64,000 nt of DNA, from the NCBI GenBank assembly GCA_030603365.1, contig JAUVXV010000011.1, positions 64,001 through 128,000 of the forward strand, in the 5' to 3' direction. Within the stretch, counting starts at the first letter, position 1; each line of letters begins with the position of its first letter. This document shows, in pieces, positions 1 through 9,198 of this stretch. This DNA comes from Candidatus Heimdallarchaeota archaeon. GTDB taxonomy: Archaea > Asgardarchaeota > Heimdallarchaeia > Heimdallarchaeales > Heimdallarchaeaceae. A program made the position numbers and the translations under genes. The notes beneath the pieces were generated by a model. It saw only the letters and a program-made list of their open reading frames with translations, did not search any database and was not told the origin of the DNA.

Positions 1-1296
1 ATTTTCTTAGGTCTTGCTTTTACTAGTGGTCTAACTGAAAACGAGGCAACCAGAGCTATTGCTCTAATGACCACCTTCACATTAGCTCCAATGTTAGTTT
101 TAGGACCAATTGCTGGTGTCTTAGCAGATAAATTTGATAGAAAGAAAGTAATGATAGTAGCTGATGTACTAGGAGCAACTGCTGCTTTTGGTTTGATATT
201 TACTACACAGATGTGGCATTTGTATCTTTTTGCTATCTTCAACTCATCTGTGAGACAGTTCTTTTATCCAGCCAAAACAGCCAGCATTCCAAGAATCGTT
301 AAGCAGGATCAGTTACTCTCAGCAAATGGCTTTATTCAAACGACCAGTCAACTTTCTAGATTGATTGGTCCATTACTAGCTGGATTTCTTATCGCAGCTT
401 TTGGATTCGACATTGCATTCATTATTGATGGATGTTCATATATCGCATCAGCAATTCTATTATTTACAATAAGAAGAGATCTCAAACCAGAAAGAACTGA
501 AGAAAAAATTACAATCAGAAGTGTTGGAACTGGATTAAAGGATGGCTTCAGATTAGCTTTTGGAGATAAAATCATTACCTTCGTCATCATACTATTCTCA
601 TTTACAATACTAATGATAGGAATGGTAGATCCCCTTATTGTTCCTTACATGAGCTTTGAATTTGGTATAGGAGAAGAGGAATTTGGTATGATGATGAGTT
701 TTGCTGCAATCAGTGGATTGATACTAGCAATTTTTCTGTCAATTAAGGGGCAAATAAAAAGAAAACTGACCTTCATGTCGGCTACAATTTTAGTAGCAAG
801 TATCTGCCTAGCTTTTCTTGGTCTAGCCCCTTATTTACCTGGAGGATCAGCATGGATATGGGCAGGAATGATCTTAGTAGGTTGCATCAATGTTGGGTTC
901 AACTTACCATTCGCTACTCTCCTCCAGCGTATTATCCCTGACAAAGATTTAGGGAAAATATCTGGTGTAATTGATACTGTAATTACTGCAGCATCTGTAA
1001 CAGCTTCTGGAATTGCAGCAGGTTTAGCAGGAGTTATTTCTACAAGCTGGATATTTCTCACACTCACCATAGCCATAGCAGTTGGTGGAATTGTAGGATT
1101 ATTAGTAATAAAATACAAGAAACTTGATAAGATTGCTCAACTCCGCGAAGAAGAAATGAAAGCAATCAAAGAATTAGAAGAAAAGGAGAAGAAATCTAAA
1201 GAGAAAATCGTTGATTTCGATGAACAGGTACAGCTCACCTTAGACAAACTAAAATCCGAGGATCCTCTCCAGGTTCCTTATCCCACTTTAGACTAA
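1..1296 (+). CDS. MFS transporter (probably 5'-truncated by the window edge)
   Basis: MFS motif A GVLADKFDRKKVM and multiple TM helices. The frame is open from position 1 up to the ATG at 67. Confidence 0.85.
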   Translation: MFLGLAFTSGLTENEATRAIALMTTFTLAPMLVLGPIAGVLADKFDRKKVMIVADVLGATAAFGLIFTTQMWHLYLFAIFNSSVRQFFYPAKTASIPRIVKQDQLLSANGFIQTTSQLSRLIGPLLAGFLIAAFGFDIAFIIDGCSYIASAILLFTIRRDLKPERTEEKITIRSVGTGLKDGFRLAFGDKIITFVIILFSFTILMIGMVDPLIVPYMSFEFGIGEEEFGMMMSFAAISGLILAIFLSIKGQIKRKLTFMSATILVASICLAFLGLAPYLPGGSAWIWAGMILVGCINVGFNLPFATLLQRIIPDKDLGKISGVIDTVITAASVTASGIAAGLAGVISTSWIFLTLTIAIAVGGIVGLLVIKYKKLDKIAQLREEEMKAIKELEEKEKKSKEKIVDFDEQVQLTLDKLKSEDPLQVPYPTLD

Positions 1297-1302
1297 TCAC
1301 CT

Positions 1303-1322
1303 CTCTTCTTTTTTCTTTTTTA
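1303..1322 (+). terminator. Oligo-T archaeal terminator after the MFS gene
   Basis: A T-rich tract directly follows the stop codon, between convergent genes. Confidence 0.5.
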
Positions 1323-1365
1323 AATTAATATACAACAAAAAAATAGTAGGGAGGAGAATTTAATT

Positions 1366-2682
1366 TTAAGATCGTTCGGGTTGTTTTTTTAGTCCCAGTA
1401 TATCTGCATATCCATCCATATCTAGAAATCCATGCCCACTTATGTTGAATAGGATAGTTTTCTTTTCGTTATTTTCTTTACATTTAATTGCTTCATCTAT
1501 TGCACAGGCAACACTATATGCTGATTCAGGTGCAGGTAAGAATCCTTCAGCTTGAACAAACTCTCTAGCCTTTTGGAAGACGTATTTTTCATCAGCAGGA
1601 TAAGCAATTGTGTCAATATATCCAAGATGTCTTAAAAGACTCAGAATTGGGGCACTTCCATGATACCTAAGTCCATCTCCCCTTATTGGGACCATAGTTA
1701 CTTGGTGACCAAGAGTATACATTTTCAACATGGGTGTCATTTCTGCATGATCAGCAAAGTCATACTTGTACTCTCCTTGCATGTTAGCAGCTGCTTCACT
1801 TTGTGCAGCAATAAACTGAATATCTTCTTTCTTTGTTAAAACATCCTGCATCCAAGGTAAGGCAATACCTCCAAAGTTGCTTCCTCCACCAAGGCATGAA
1901 ATAACCACATCTGGGTATTCTCCAGCGATTTCCATTTGTTTCTTAGTCTCTAAACCTATTATAGATTGGTGTAACATTACATGATTCAAAACAGAACCAA
2001 GACAATAAACAGCTTTTGGATCTTTTTTAGAATCTTCTAATCCTTCAGAAATAGCTATACCTAATGATCCATTATGGTCAGGATTTTCAGCATATAATTT
2101 CTTACCAAATTCGGTTTGTTTACTTGGAGATGCATATACATCCGCACCAAACATTTGCATGAAGTTCAATCTTTGAGGTTTCCATCTATAAACTGCCCTA
2201 ACCCAATACACAGTACATTCTAGTCCAACTAAACTAGAAGCATAAGCAAGTGCATTACCCCATTGTCCTGCGCCTGTTTCAGTTGTAAGGCGCTCAAACC
2301 CTTGTTCTTTTGCATAATAAGCTTGTGCAAGAGCAGTATTTACTTTGTGACTACCTGTAGGACTGTAAAATTCTGATTTGTAAAATAGTTTTGCAGGAGT
2401 ACCTAATTTCTTTTCTAGATTCTTGGCTCTGAAAAGTGCTCTAGGTCTACCCGCGGCTAAGTACAACTCCTGAATTCCTTCAGGAATAGGGATCCATCTC
2501 TCTCCAGACATTTCTTGTTTTAGACATTCACCAATCAGGAGATTGGGAAGATCATCAACTCTAGAATAGCCTTCAGGAGGATCCATCGGGGGTGGAAGAG
2601 GTTCTGGTAAATCAGGAATGATATTATACCATTTTGTAGGTAGTTCATCAGCTTTTAAAATTATACTTCTATCATCTGTCAT
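1366..2682 (-). CDS. trpB2: Tryptophan synthase beta chain, TrpB2 type
   Basis: PLP lysine motif SPTGSHKVNTA, TTETGAGQWG, GGGSNF, GLRYHG, PAPES and NISGHG. The N-terminus PTKWYNIIPDLP is typical of TrpB2. Confidence 0.93.
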   Translation of the reverse strand: MTDDRSIILKADELPTKWYNIIPDLPEPLPPPMDPPEGYSRVDDLPNLLIGECLKQEMSGERWIPIPEGIQELYLAAGRPRALFRAKNLEKKLGTPAKLFYKSEFYSPTGSHKVNTALAQAYYAKEQGFERLTTETGAGQWGNALAYASSLVGLECTVYWVRAVYRWKPQRLNFMQMFGADVYASPSKQTEFGKKLYAENPDHNGSLGIAISEGLEDSKKDPKAVYCLGSVLNHVMLHQSIIGLETKKQMEIAGEYPDVVISCLGGGSNFGGIALPWMQDVLTKKEDIQFIAAQSEAAANMQGEYKYDFADHAEMTPMLKMYTLGHQVTMVPIRGDGLRYHGSAPILSLLRHLGYIDTIAYPADEKYVFQKAREFVQAEGFLPAPESAYSVACAIDEAIKCKENNEKKTILFNISGHGFLDMDGYADILGLKKQPERS

Positions 2683-2792
2683 TTTCTAAACCTTGTTTTT
2701 CAACTAAATAATTCAAATAACTGAAATTATAAATCTTCCGTAGATATTTTAACAAAGAAAAGTTTAAATTTTTCGAGTGGTTATCCAACAAC

Positions 2793-4535
2793 ATGGGTGG
2801 ATTCTTCCTTACAGACAACGAATCTAGCAATTTAGAAGAAAAAATCAAACATATTTTTCTTGCTAAGGATATGGAAAAATATGACTTGTTCAATTTTGGT
2901 AAATTCAAAGTCTTTTATTTTCATAAGATAGGTCACTCAGAATTCAACCATGTATTCAAAAAAGGTCAAGATTACATCATTGGAGTAGGAGTATTCTTCT
3001 ATAATAATCAATTTGGAATTAAAGCTCTAGAAGAGATTTATGTTAATTTAAAGAGCAAACAAGATTTTTCTATCTTTAATCAAGTTCTAGGTCACTTTAA
3101 TTTTATTTTTTACATAAATGGAGAACTGAGAGTAATTACTGATAAAACTGGAACATATCATTCCTATTACAGTTTTAGTGATGGATACCATTATGCTTCA
3201 ACTTCATTCTATTCAATTATTGAATTTCTAGAAAAAATAACCATAAGTAAACAAGAACTTATAGAATTCATGATGATTGAAGCTTTTATCGGACCAAAAA
3301 CAGCTGTCAAAGAGATAAACTTCTTAGAATTTGGTCAGATTCATCAGCTAGTGTCTAAAAGTGAGAAGAAATCCCTTCAATACTTCATCGAAAAAAGAAT
3401 AGACAAACCCACTGATTTGAAACTTATAACTGAAAAAATAAACAATTATTTCGAAATATTCAAAGACCTTGATTACTCTGTTTCATGTGATTTATCTGCT
3501 GGTTATGATACAAGACTTATCTGTGCAATTTTCAAGAAGTTGAATCTAAAACACATCCTGAATACTAATCAGAACGTAGAAGATCCCATAGATTCAGCAA
3601 TACCATTAGAAATAGCTAAAAATGAAGGTTTAGAAATAGTATCATTTACTAGAGAAGAGGAAAAATATGATCAAGATAAGCTCTTGAATGAATCTTTCGA
3701 TAAGAACGAACTCATGAGAGATAACTTCACTGCTAGATATTCTGCAAAATACTTCGAAGATAAGTCACAAAGGTTTGATATGATAGTAGGTGGATATGGA
3801 GGAGAACTCTATAGGGATATCAAGTATAGAAATACTAAGAATTACAATTACCTATTTACTAAACAATATACTGAATATAATGCGAAGTTAATTCTAAAAG
3901 GAAAAGATTGGTCAAAATATACTCGTAATTTAAGAAAGAAATTCAATACATTTCTAAGTACTAGTGGAAATAAACCATCTAAAGAAGATTTAGAAAAAAT
4001 CTACTATTATCTAAAAATGATGTACTGGGGGTGTACTAGAGTTACATACTTTAACCAATACGGTTATCGATTTCACCCTCTTCTAGATTATGAAATAGCA
4101 GGATATACATTTGATATCCCAAAAGAAGTAAAAGATGAAGAGAAATTCAACATGGAATTAATTGAAGAATATGACAGTAAATATGCTAGTTACAATTCTA
4201 ATTATAATTACAATTTTATATGGGATGAAAGTAAAAGAAAGATAATAAATCCACCTGTAGCCACTAAAACAAAAATCAAAAGAATAATTGGTAAAATAGT
4301 TAGATTCGTTATCAGAGATGAATACTACCTATTCAAATTAAAACAACTTATAGGTAAGAGACCAACTCAGAAAAAAGAAACAAAGGGATGGAGAAAACAT
4401 CTGGATGAAGAATTACTTTTCACGAGGTTTTTTGGTAATCGTATTCATAAACTTGAATTAGATGAAAAGATGCTAGGAAGAGTTTATACTGTCGAGAAAT
4501 TTCTTGAAAGATACAAAGAGAAATTAAAAAGATAA
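2793..4535 (+). CDS. Asparagine-synthetase-like ATP pyrophosphatase/amidotransferase (N-terminal Cys absent)
   Basis: PP-loop DLSAGYDTR, GGYGGELYR and FHPLLD. The Ntn-like N-terminal domain starts MGGF instead of MCG. Confidence 0.7.
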   Translation: MGGFFLTDNESSNLEEKIKHIFLAKDMEKYDLFNFGKFKVFYFHKIGHSEFNHVFKKGQDYIIGVGVFFYNNQFGIKALEEIYVNLKSKQDFSIFNQVLGHFNFIFYINGELRVITDKTGTYHSYYSFSDGYHYASTSFYSIIEFLEKITISKQELIEFMMIEAFIGPKTAVKEINFLEFGQIHQLVSKSEKKSLQYFIEKRIDKPTDLKLITEKINNYFEIFKDLDYSVSCDLSAGYDTRLICAIFKKLNLKHILNTNQNVEDPIDSAIPLEIAKNEGLEIVSFTREEEKYDQDKLLNESFDKNELMRDNFTARYSAKYFEDKSQRFDMIVGGYGGELYRDIKYRNTKNYNYLFTKQYTEYNAKLILKGKDWSKYTRNLRKKFNTFLSTSGNKPSKEDLEKIYYYLKMMYWGCTRVTYFNQYGYRFHPLLDYEIAGYTFDIPKEVKDEEKFNMELIEEYDSKYASYNSNYNYNFIWDESKRKIINPPVATKTKIKRIIGKIVRFVIRDEYYLFKLKQLIGKRPTQKKETKGWRKHLDEELLFTRFFGNRIHKLELDEKMLGRVYTVEKFLERYKEKLKR

Positions 4536-4544
4536 AAAGAGAAT

Positions 4545-4733
4545 TTACTTCTTGTAAGAACTAAAAGAGTAAGAAATTACACTCTTTGGACAGATATCTG
4601 CACATGTGCCACATAATATACACTCTCTGTGCTCAAATTTTCCTCTGTTAACCATTTCCTCAACTGGCAAGCTCATTGGACATGCTCTATCATATCTGTG
4701 ACAGTTGATACAAGCTTCTTTGTCAGCTTTCAT
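4545..4733 (-). pseudogene. Small 4Fe-4S dicluster domain, probably a C-terminal relic of a larger 4Fe-4S membrane protein
   Basis: The first motif CINCHRYDRACP has its third Cys replaced by Tyr; CILCGTCADICP is intact. An in-frame TGA lies two codons upstream of the ATG. Confidence 0.5.
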
Positions 4734-4749
4734 TCTTCAAATAGAATCC

Positions 4750-5178
4750 TTATTTCAGTTTCTTTATTATACCACAATAACTACAATTTGGACAAAATTG
4801 ATAAGTTTTAGTGAAACTACTTCCGCACCTTGGGCAAAATGAAGCAGCTAATTCATCTACCTTCAGAGAACCCTTAGGTCCTTGTCTAGTAGATTTGTCA
4901 CTTGTTGTTACTGGGACATTTTCAAAAATATCAGCGTCAAAATCTATAGACATAAGTTGTTTTATTTTTCTAGCTTTAAAATAGAATGAAAAGGTTTGGT
5001 AAATAATAACAAGAAAACCAATGGTAGAATAAAATGTAAAATCCATCCAACTAAGGTATTCTCGCAGGGGAACAAAAATCCCAAATATTATTCCTCCAGA
5101 TACAATAAGAAATGATAGTAGAGATAGTTTGATTACTTCAGTCTTAATTGCTTTTTTAGCTAATATATCTGGTAACAT
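4750..5178 (-). CDS. Two-TM membrane protein with C-terminal zinc ribbon
   Basis: Two hydrophobic helices and FCPRCG...FCPNC. Confidence 0.75.
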   Translation of the reverse strand: MLPDILAKKAIKTEVIKLSLLSFLIVSGGIIFGIFVPLREYLSWMDFTFYSTIGFLVIIYQTFSFYFKARKIKQLMSIDFDADIFENVPVTTSDKSTRQGPKGSLKVDELAASFCPRCGSSFTKTYQFCPNCSYCGIIKKLK

Positions 5179-5264
5179 TAAGGAATATTTTTGTTAGACA
5201 TTTATTTATTTTTACATTCATTGTTCTTCAAAAATTATTTAAGTGTGAGAGAGTATACCTTATT

Positions 5265-7106
5265 TTGAATAAGATGAAGAGAAGAGAAATATATTGTTTG
5301 ATAGCTCTATGTATTATTGTATTTCCTGCGAGTATGATTGAAGTTCAAAGTGTAGAAATACCTGAAATATTTTCGATTAGTTTACTCAGAGCAAATGTAG
5401 CTGATCCTAGACAAAATTGGGCTTTGCTAATGGAGCTTCAGCTCCCAAAGATAGGTATAGTTGTAGATTTTCATGAATCAACAAGTTGGTCGAATGTAGC
5501 TTTACGCACATGGGATTATCCACTAATAGATTTCGATTACATACCCACATACGCTGAGGGTGGATTTGATCTCCTCTTCATGAATTACCTTTGGGACCTT
5601 GATTGGAATCCATCACGTTTATTTGACACAGGTTATCCAGTTACTATTGGAGGTAATTTTTACCAATATGCTAATCCGGTTTATGATAGTCTCTTAATCA
5701 ACTATCTCAGCGAATTAGATCAGAACACTCATATTAACTATGGGAAACAATTGCAAGCTATCCTTTATGAAGACCTACCTAGTATCGCTACTTTGTACGA
5801 AAGATCACTTTATGGTTTCAAAGAAGGATTAACTGGGATAGATGCACTTTTACTAAGTACTGGAGCAGACAGATATGAATATTGGGATGCCCCCTCAGAC
5901 CATATAATAAAATACGCAATTCCTACCGATTTAGATGAGTACAATTCGTATATACAAGATAATTTCTATGATAAGTTATGGATGCAAGGTATTTATGGAA
6001 GTTTATTCAAAAGGGAACAGACAACTAGATTATGGGAACCACAAATTGCTTCTGATATCTTCATCAGTGAAGATAATCTAAATGTAACAATAAATCTAGA
6101 TCCCAATGCAAAGTTCAGTGATGGGAGTCCTGTACTAGCTGAAGATGTAGAGTATTCTTATGAACTGCACATGACACCAGCTGTAGGTTCTTCTTATTAT
6201 TGGAACCTCAATAAATGGTTAGCAAGTAACGATTCAATATCAACAGTTGGTGCAGATACCGTAACTTTTAATCTAAGTCAAACAAACGCTTTTATGTATA
6301 ACTTATTTTCCTATGGGATTGTTGATAAAAGCGAGGTTCAACCCGCAATCTCTACTTACGGATATAGTATATTTAATGAAATCCCTTTAACAGGAAATGT
6401 TTCTGATACATTAGTAAAATCATGTGGCCCTTTCAAATTAGATACTTATAATCAAACAACTAGTACAGTAAAATTAGTACCTAATACCTATTATAGTGAG
6501 TTATTGAACTACGATTCCCCATTGCTTGATGAATGGCAAATGATGTTTATTTCTGGTAAAGATACAGCTGTAGCTGAATTGATTACAGGAAACGTAGACA
6601 TTGTAGATGCTCAATACTACCCAACAATAGCTGATTTTACTCCTACTGGTGTAAAAGGAGTTTTGGTTAAAGGCCCACTCTATCAAGAAATAGCTGTTAA
6701 CATGAGACATCCTGTTTTTGGAACAGGAGAACTTACTCCATTAGGTACTCCTGAATCTGCTAAATATGTTAGAAAGGCCATCAGTCATGTAATTCCACGT
6801 ACCATAATTGCTGATGAAGTTTATGACGGTCTAGCTGTACCAGCTACAACTGCTTGCCCAGATATGGCAGTAGTTTATGATGATACTCTCCAACCTTATG
6901 CATATGATTTAGATTTAGCTCTTGAATACATGGACTATAATTGGGATATACTTGATCCACCAACAACGACTACAGGAACACCTTCAGAGACAAGTAATGG
7001 TTTTACAAAAACAATAGGTGATAATTGGATAATAAGCATAGTTCTACTCAGTCTTATTGGTTTAACTATAACACAGATTATTAGAAAGAGAAAAATGAGT
7101 TCATAA
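5265..7106 (+). CDS. ABC transporter substrate-binding protein, family 5 (OppA/DppA-like), circularly permuted, C-terminal TM anchor
   Basis: FSDGSPVLAEDVEYS, CGPFKL, VRKAISH and QLPKIGI motifs. Signal peptide, Thr-rich linker, TM helix and basic tail. The true start may be a downstream ATG. Confidence 0.88.
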   Translation: MNKMKRREIYCLIALCIIVFPASMIEVQSVEIPEIFSISLLRANVADPRQNWALLMELQLPKIGIVVDFHESTSWSNVALRTWDYPLIDFDYIPTYAEGGFDLLFMNYLWDLDWNPSRLFDTGYPVTIGGNFYQYANPVYDSLLINYLSELDQNTHINYGKQLQAILYEDLPSIATLYERSLYGFKEGLTGIDALLLSTGADRYEYWDAPSDHIIKYAIPTDLDEYNSYIQDNFYDKLWMQGIYGSLFKREQTTRLWEPQIASDIFISEDNLNVTINLDPNAKFSDGSPVLAEDVEYSYELHMTPAVGSSYYWNLNKWLASNDSISTVGADTVTFNLSQTNAFMYNLFSYGIVDKSEVQPAISTYGYSIFNEIPLTGNVSDTLVKSCGPFKLDTYNQTTSTVKLVPNTYYSELLNYDSPLLDEWQMMFISGKDTAVAELITGNVDIVDAQYYPTIADFTPTGVKGVLVKGPLYQEIAVNMRHPVFGTGELTPLGTPESAKYVRKAISHVIPRTIIADEVYDGLAVPATTACPDMAVVYDDTLQPYAYDLDLALEYMDYNWDILDPPTTTTGTPSETSNGFTKTIGDNWIISIVLLSLIGLTITQIIRKRKMSS

Positions 7107-7189
7107 ACGTCTATTTATCACTTGTTTTTCAGTATATTCTTTCTTTTTTTATGCAAAAAACATATTAAGTATTGTTACTAAGGTAATAT

Positions 7190-9103
7190 TTGATAACTAT
7201 GAATAGAACAAAAATAGTTAGTTTATTTATATTCTGTACACTTATCTTTACACCAAGTATGATGAATGTTCAGAGTGAAGAAATAGTAGAAGTTTTTTCT
7301 TTATGCTTCTTGAGTTCAAATACAAGTGCTGCCAGAAATCAATGGGCTTTACTTATGGAAAATCAATTACCAAAAATAGGTATAGGAGTAGATTTTCATG
7401 AATCTACCGGATGGGCAAATATTGCTCCTCGTACCTGGGCTTATCCGTTGATTGAATTTGATTACATCCCAACTTACCCAGAAGGAGGATTTGATATTCT
7501 CTTCGTCGGCTGGGGTTGGGGACTTGATTGGGATCCAACTGGTCTATTTGACTCAGCAAGTTTAGTACCTTTTGGTGATAACTTCTATCAATACATCAAT
7601 CCAACATTTGATAACGTACTGAATAATTATCTCACTGAATTAAATCAAGCACAGCAGATACTATATGGTCACCAATTGCAAGCTATTCTCTATGAAGATT
7701 TACCAAGTATAGCCCTTATCTATCCAAAATCACTCTTTGGTTTCAAAGAAGGTTTAGTAGGAATAGACGGACTCTTGTTAGCTGAAGGTGCTGCTCGTTA
7801 TGAATTCTGGGATGATCCAGCAGATCACATCATCAAATACGCTATACCAGCAGATTTAATTGAATGGAACATCTATGATCAAGAATCCTTCTTTGATGGG
7901 TTATGGATGCAAGGAGTTTATGGGAGATTATACCAAAGAGCTCAAATCACTAACGTATTTGAACCACAGATTGCTGCAGATTTACCTGTTTTCAGTCCAA
8001 ATGGGCTGGACATTACAGTTAATCTTGATCCAAATGCAAAGTTTAGTGATGGAAGCCCTGTACTTGCTGAAGATGTAGAATATTCTTGCGAGTTACATAT
8101 GACACCAGAGGTTGGTTCAAATGATTACAGTTACTATTTTAACTATCTAGCATCAACTGATTCAGTTACAGCTGTGGGTTCTGATACAGTAACCTTTAAT
8201 CTTACTCAAAACCATGCTTTTGTACACAATTTACTAGACTTTGGTATTGTAGATAAAAGCACTGTTGAACCATTGATTTCAGCTTATGGTTATGATATAT
8301 TCACTGAAGTACCATTAACTGGAAACGTTGGAGATGGTCTAGTAAAGTCATGTGGCCCATTCATATTGGACACATTTAATACTATGAGTAATGTGGTTAA
8401 ACTAGTACCAAATTCATACTATAGTGACCTTATAGGATATAGTAGTCCTTTACTAGCTGAATGGTATCTAACCTATATCTCTGGTAAAGATACAGCTGTT
8501 ACTGAATTAATTGTTGGTAATGTAGACATTGTTGATGGACAATACTTCCCACAAATAGCTGATTTTACATCAGCTGGCGTAGAGGGTATTCTAGTTTGTG
8601 TCTCATCTTATCAGGAAATAGCCATGAATATGAGACATCCTGTCTTTGGTACTGGTGAATTAACACCTGTTGGTACTCCTGAAGCTGCTAAGAATGTAAG
8701 AAAAGCTATCAGTCATGCAGTTCCACGTGGAATTATCGTTGACCAAATCCTTGAAGGACTTGGTCAACCTGGTGTTACTGCTTGTCCAAATTCAGCAGTT
8801 GTTTTTGATGAATCACTTGATCCATATGCTTACGACATAGAATTAGCTTTAGACTATATGGAATTAGCAGGGTTCGATGTACGATATACAACACCAACGC
8901 CAACGCCAACACCAACGCCAACACCAACACCAACGCCAACGCCAACGCCAACGCCAACAGATACAGAAACTCCAACTCCATCTGAAACCGATACAAATGG
9001 AACTACGACAATAGCGGGAGATAATTGGATAATAAGCATAGTTCTAATCAGTCTAATAGGATTAACAATAACTCAATTATTTAGAAGAAGAAAAAGAAAT
9101 TGA
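7190..9103 (+). CDS. ABC transporter substrate-binding protein, family 5, circularly permuted, with (TP)n linker
   Basis: Paralog of 5265..7106 with the same motifs. A TP repeat precedes the TM helix and RRRKRN tail. Confidence 0.9.
   Translation: MITMNRTKIVSLFIFCTLIFTPSMMNVQSEEIVEVFSLCFLSSNTSAARNQWALLMENQLPKIGIGVDFHESTGWANIAPRTWAYPLIEFDYIPTYPEGGFDILFVGWGWGLDWDPTGLFDSASLVPFGDNFYQYINPTFDNVLNNYLTELNQAQQILYGHQLQAILYEDLPSIALIYPKSLFGFKEGLVGIDGLLLAEGAARYEFWDDPADHIIKYAIPADLIEWNIYDQESFFDGLWMQGVYGRLYQRAQITNVFEPQIAADLPVFSPNGLDITVNLDPNAKFSDGSPVLAEDVEYSCELHMTPEVGSNDYSYYFNYLASTDSVTAVGSDTVTFNLTQNHAFVHNLLDFGIVDKSTVEPLISAYGYDIFTEVPLTGNVGDGLVKSCGPFILDTFNTMSNVVKLVPNSYYSDLIGYSSPLLAEWYLTYISGKDTAVTELIVGNVDIVDGQYFPQIADFTSAGVEGILVCVSSYQEIAMNMRHPVFGTGELTPVGTPEAAKNVRKAISHAVPRGIIVDQILEGLGQPGVTACPNSAVVFDESLDPYAYDIELALDYMELAGFDVRYTTPTPTPTPTPTPTPTPTPTPTPTDTETPTPSETDTNGTTTIAGDNWIISIVLISLIGLTITQLFRRRKRN
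8891..8959 (+). repeat. Coding hexamer tandem repeat (ACRCCA)x11 encoding (Thr-Pro)11
   Basis: Read directly: acacca/acgcca units from 8891 to 8956, followed by aca. Confidence 0.95.
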
Positions 9104-9198
9104 TAATCTTTTATCTTCTCATTTTTTATTACAAATAATGTCATTGTTTTTTCTCTTTTATACAAAAAGTATATTAATTCTTACGAGAAAACGATATT

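Noticed and set aside
2793-4535. Lasso peptide cluster built around the AsnB-like gene
   Set aside because: No B1/B2 (RRE or transglutaminase-like) genes and no precursor-like ORF are adjacent.
8854-9039. Antisense ORFs with (GV)n or (LA)n repeats
   Set aside because: They are shadows of the (TP)11 coding repeat on the + strand.
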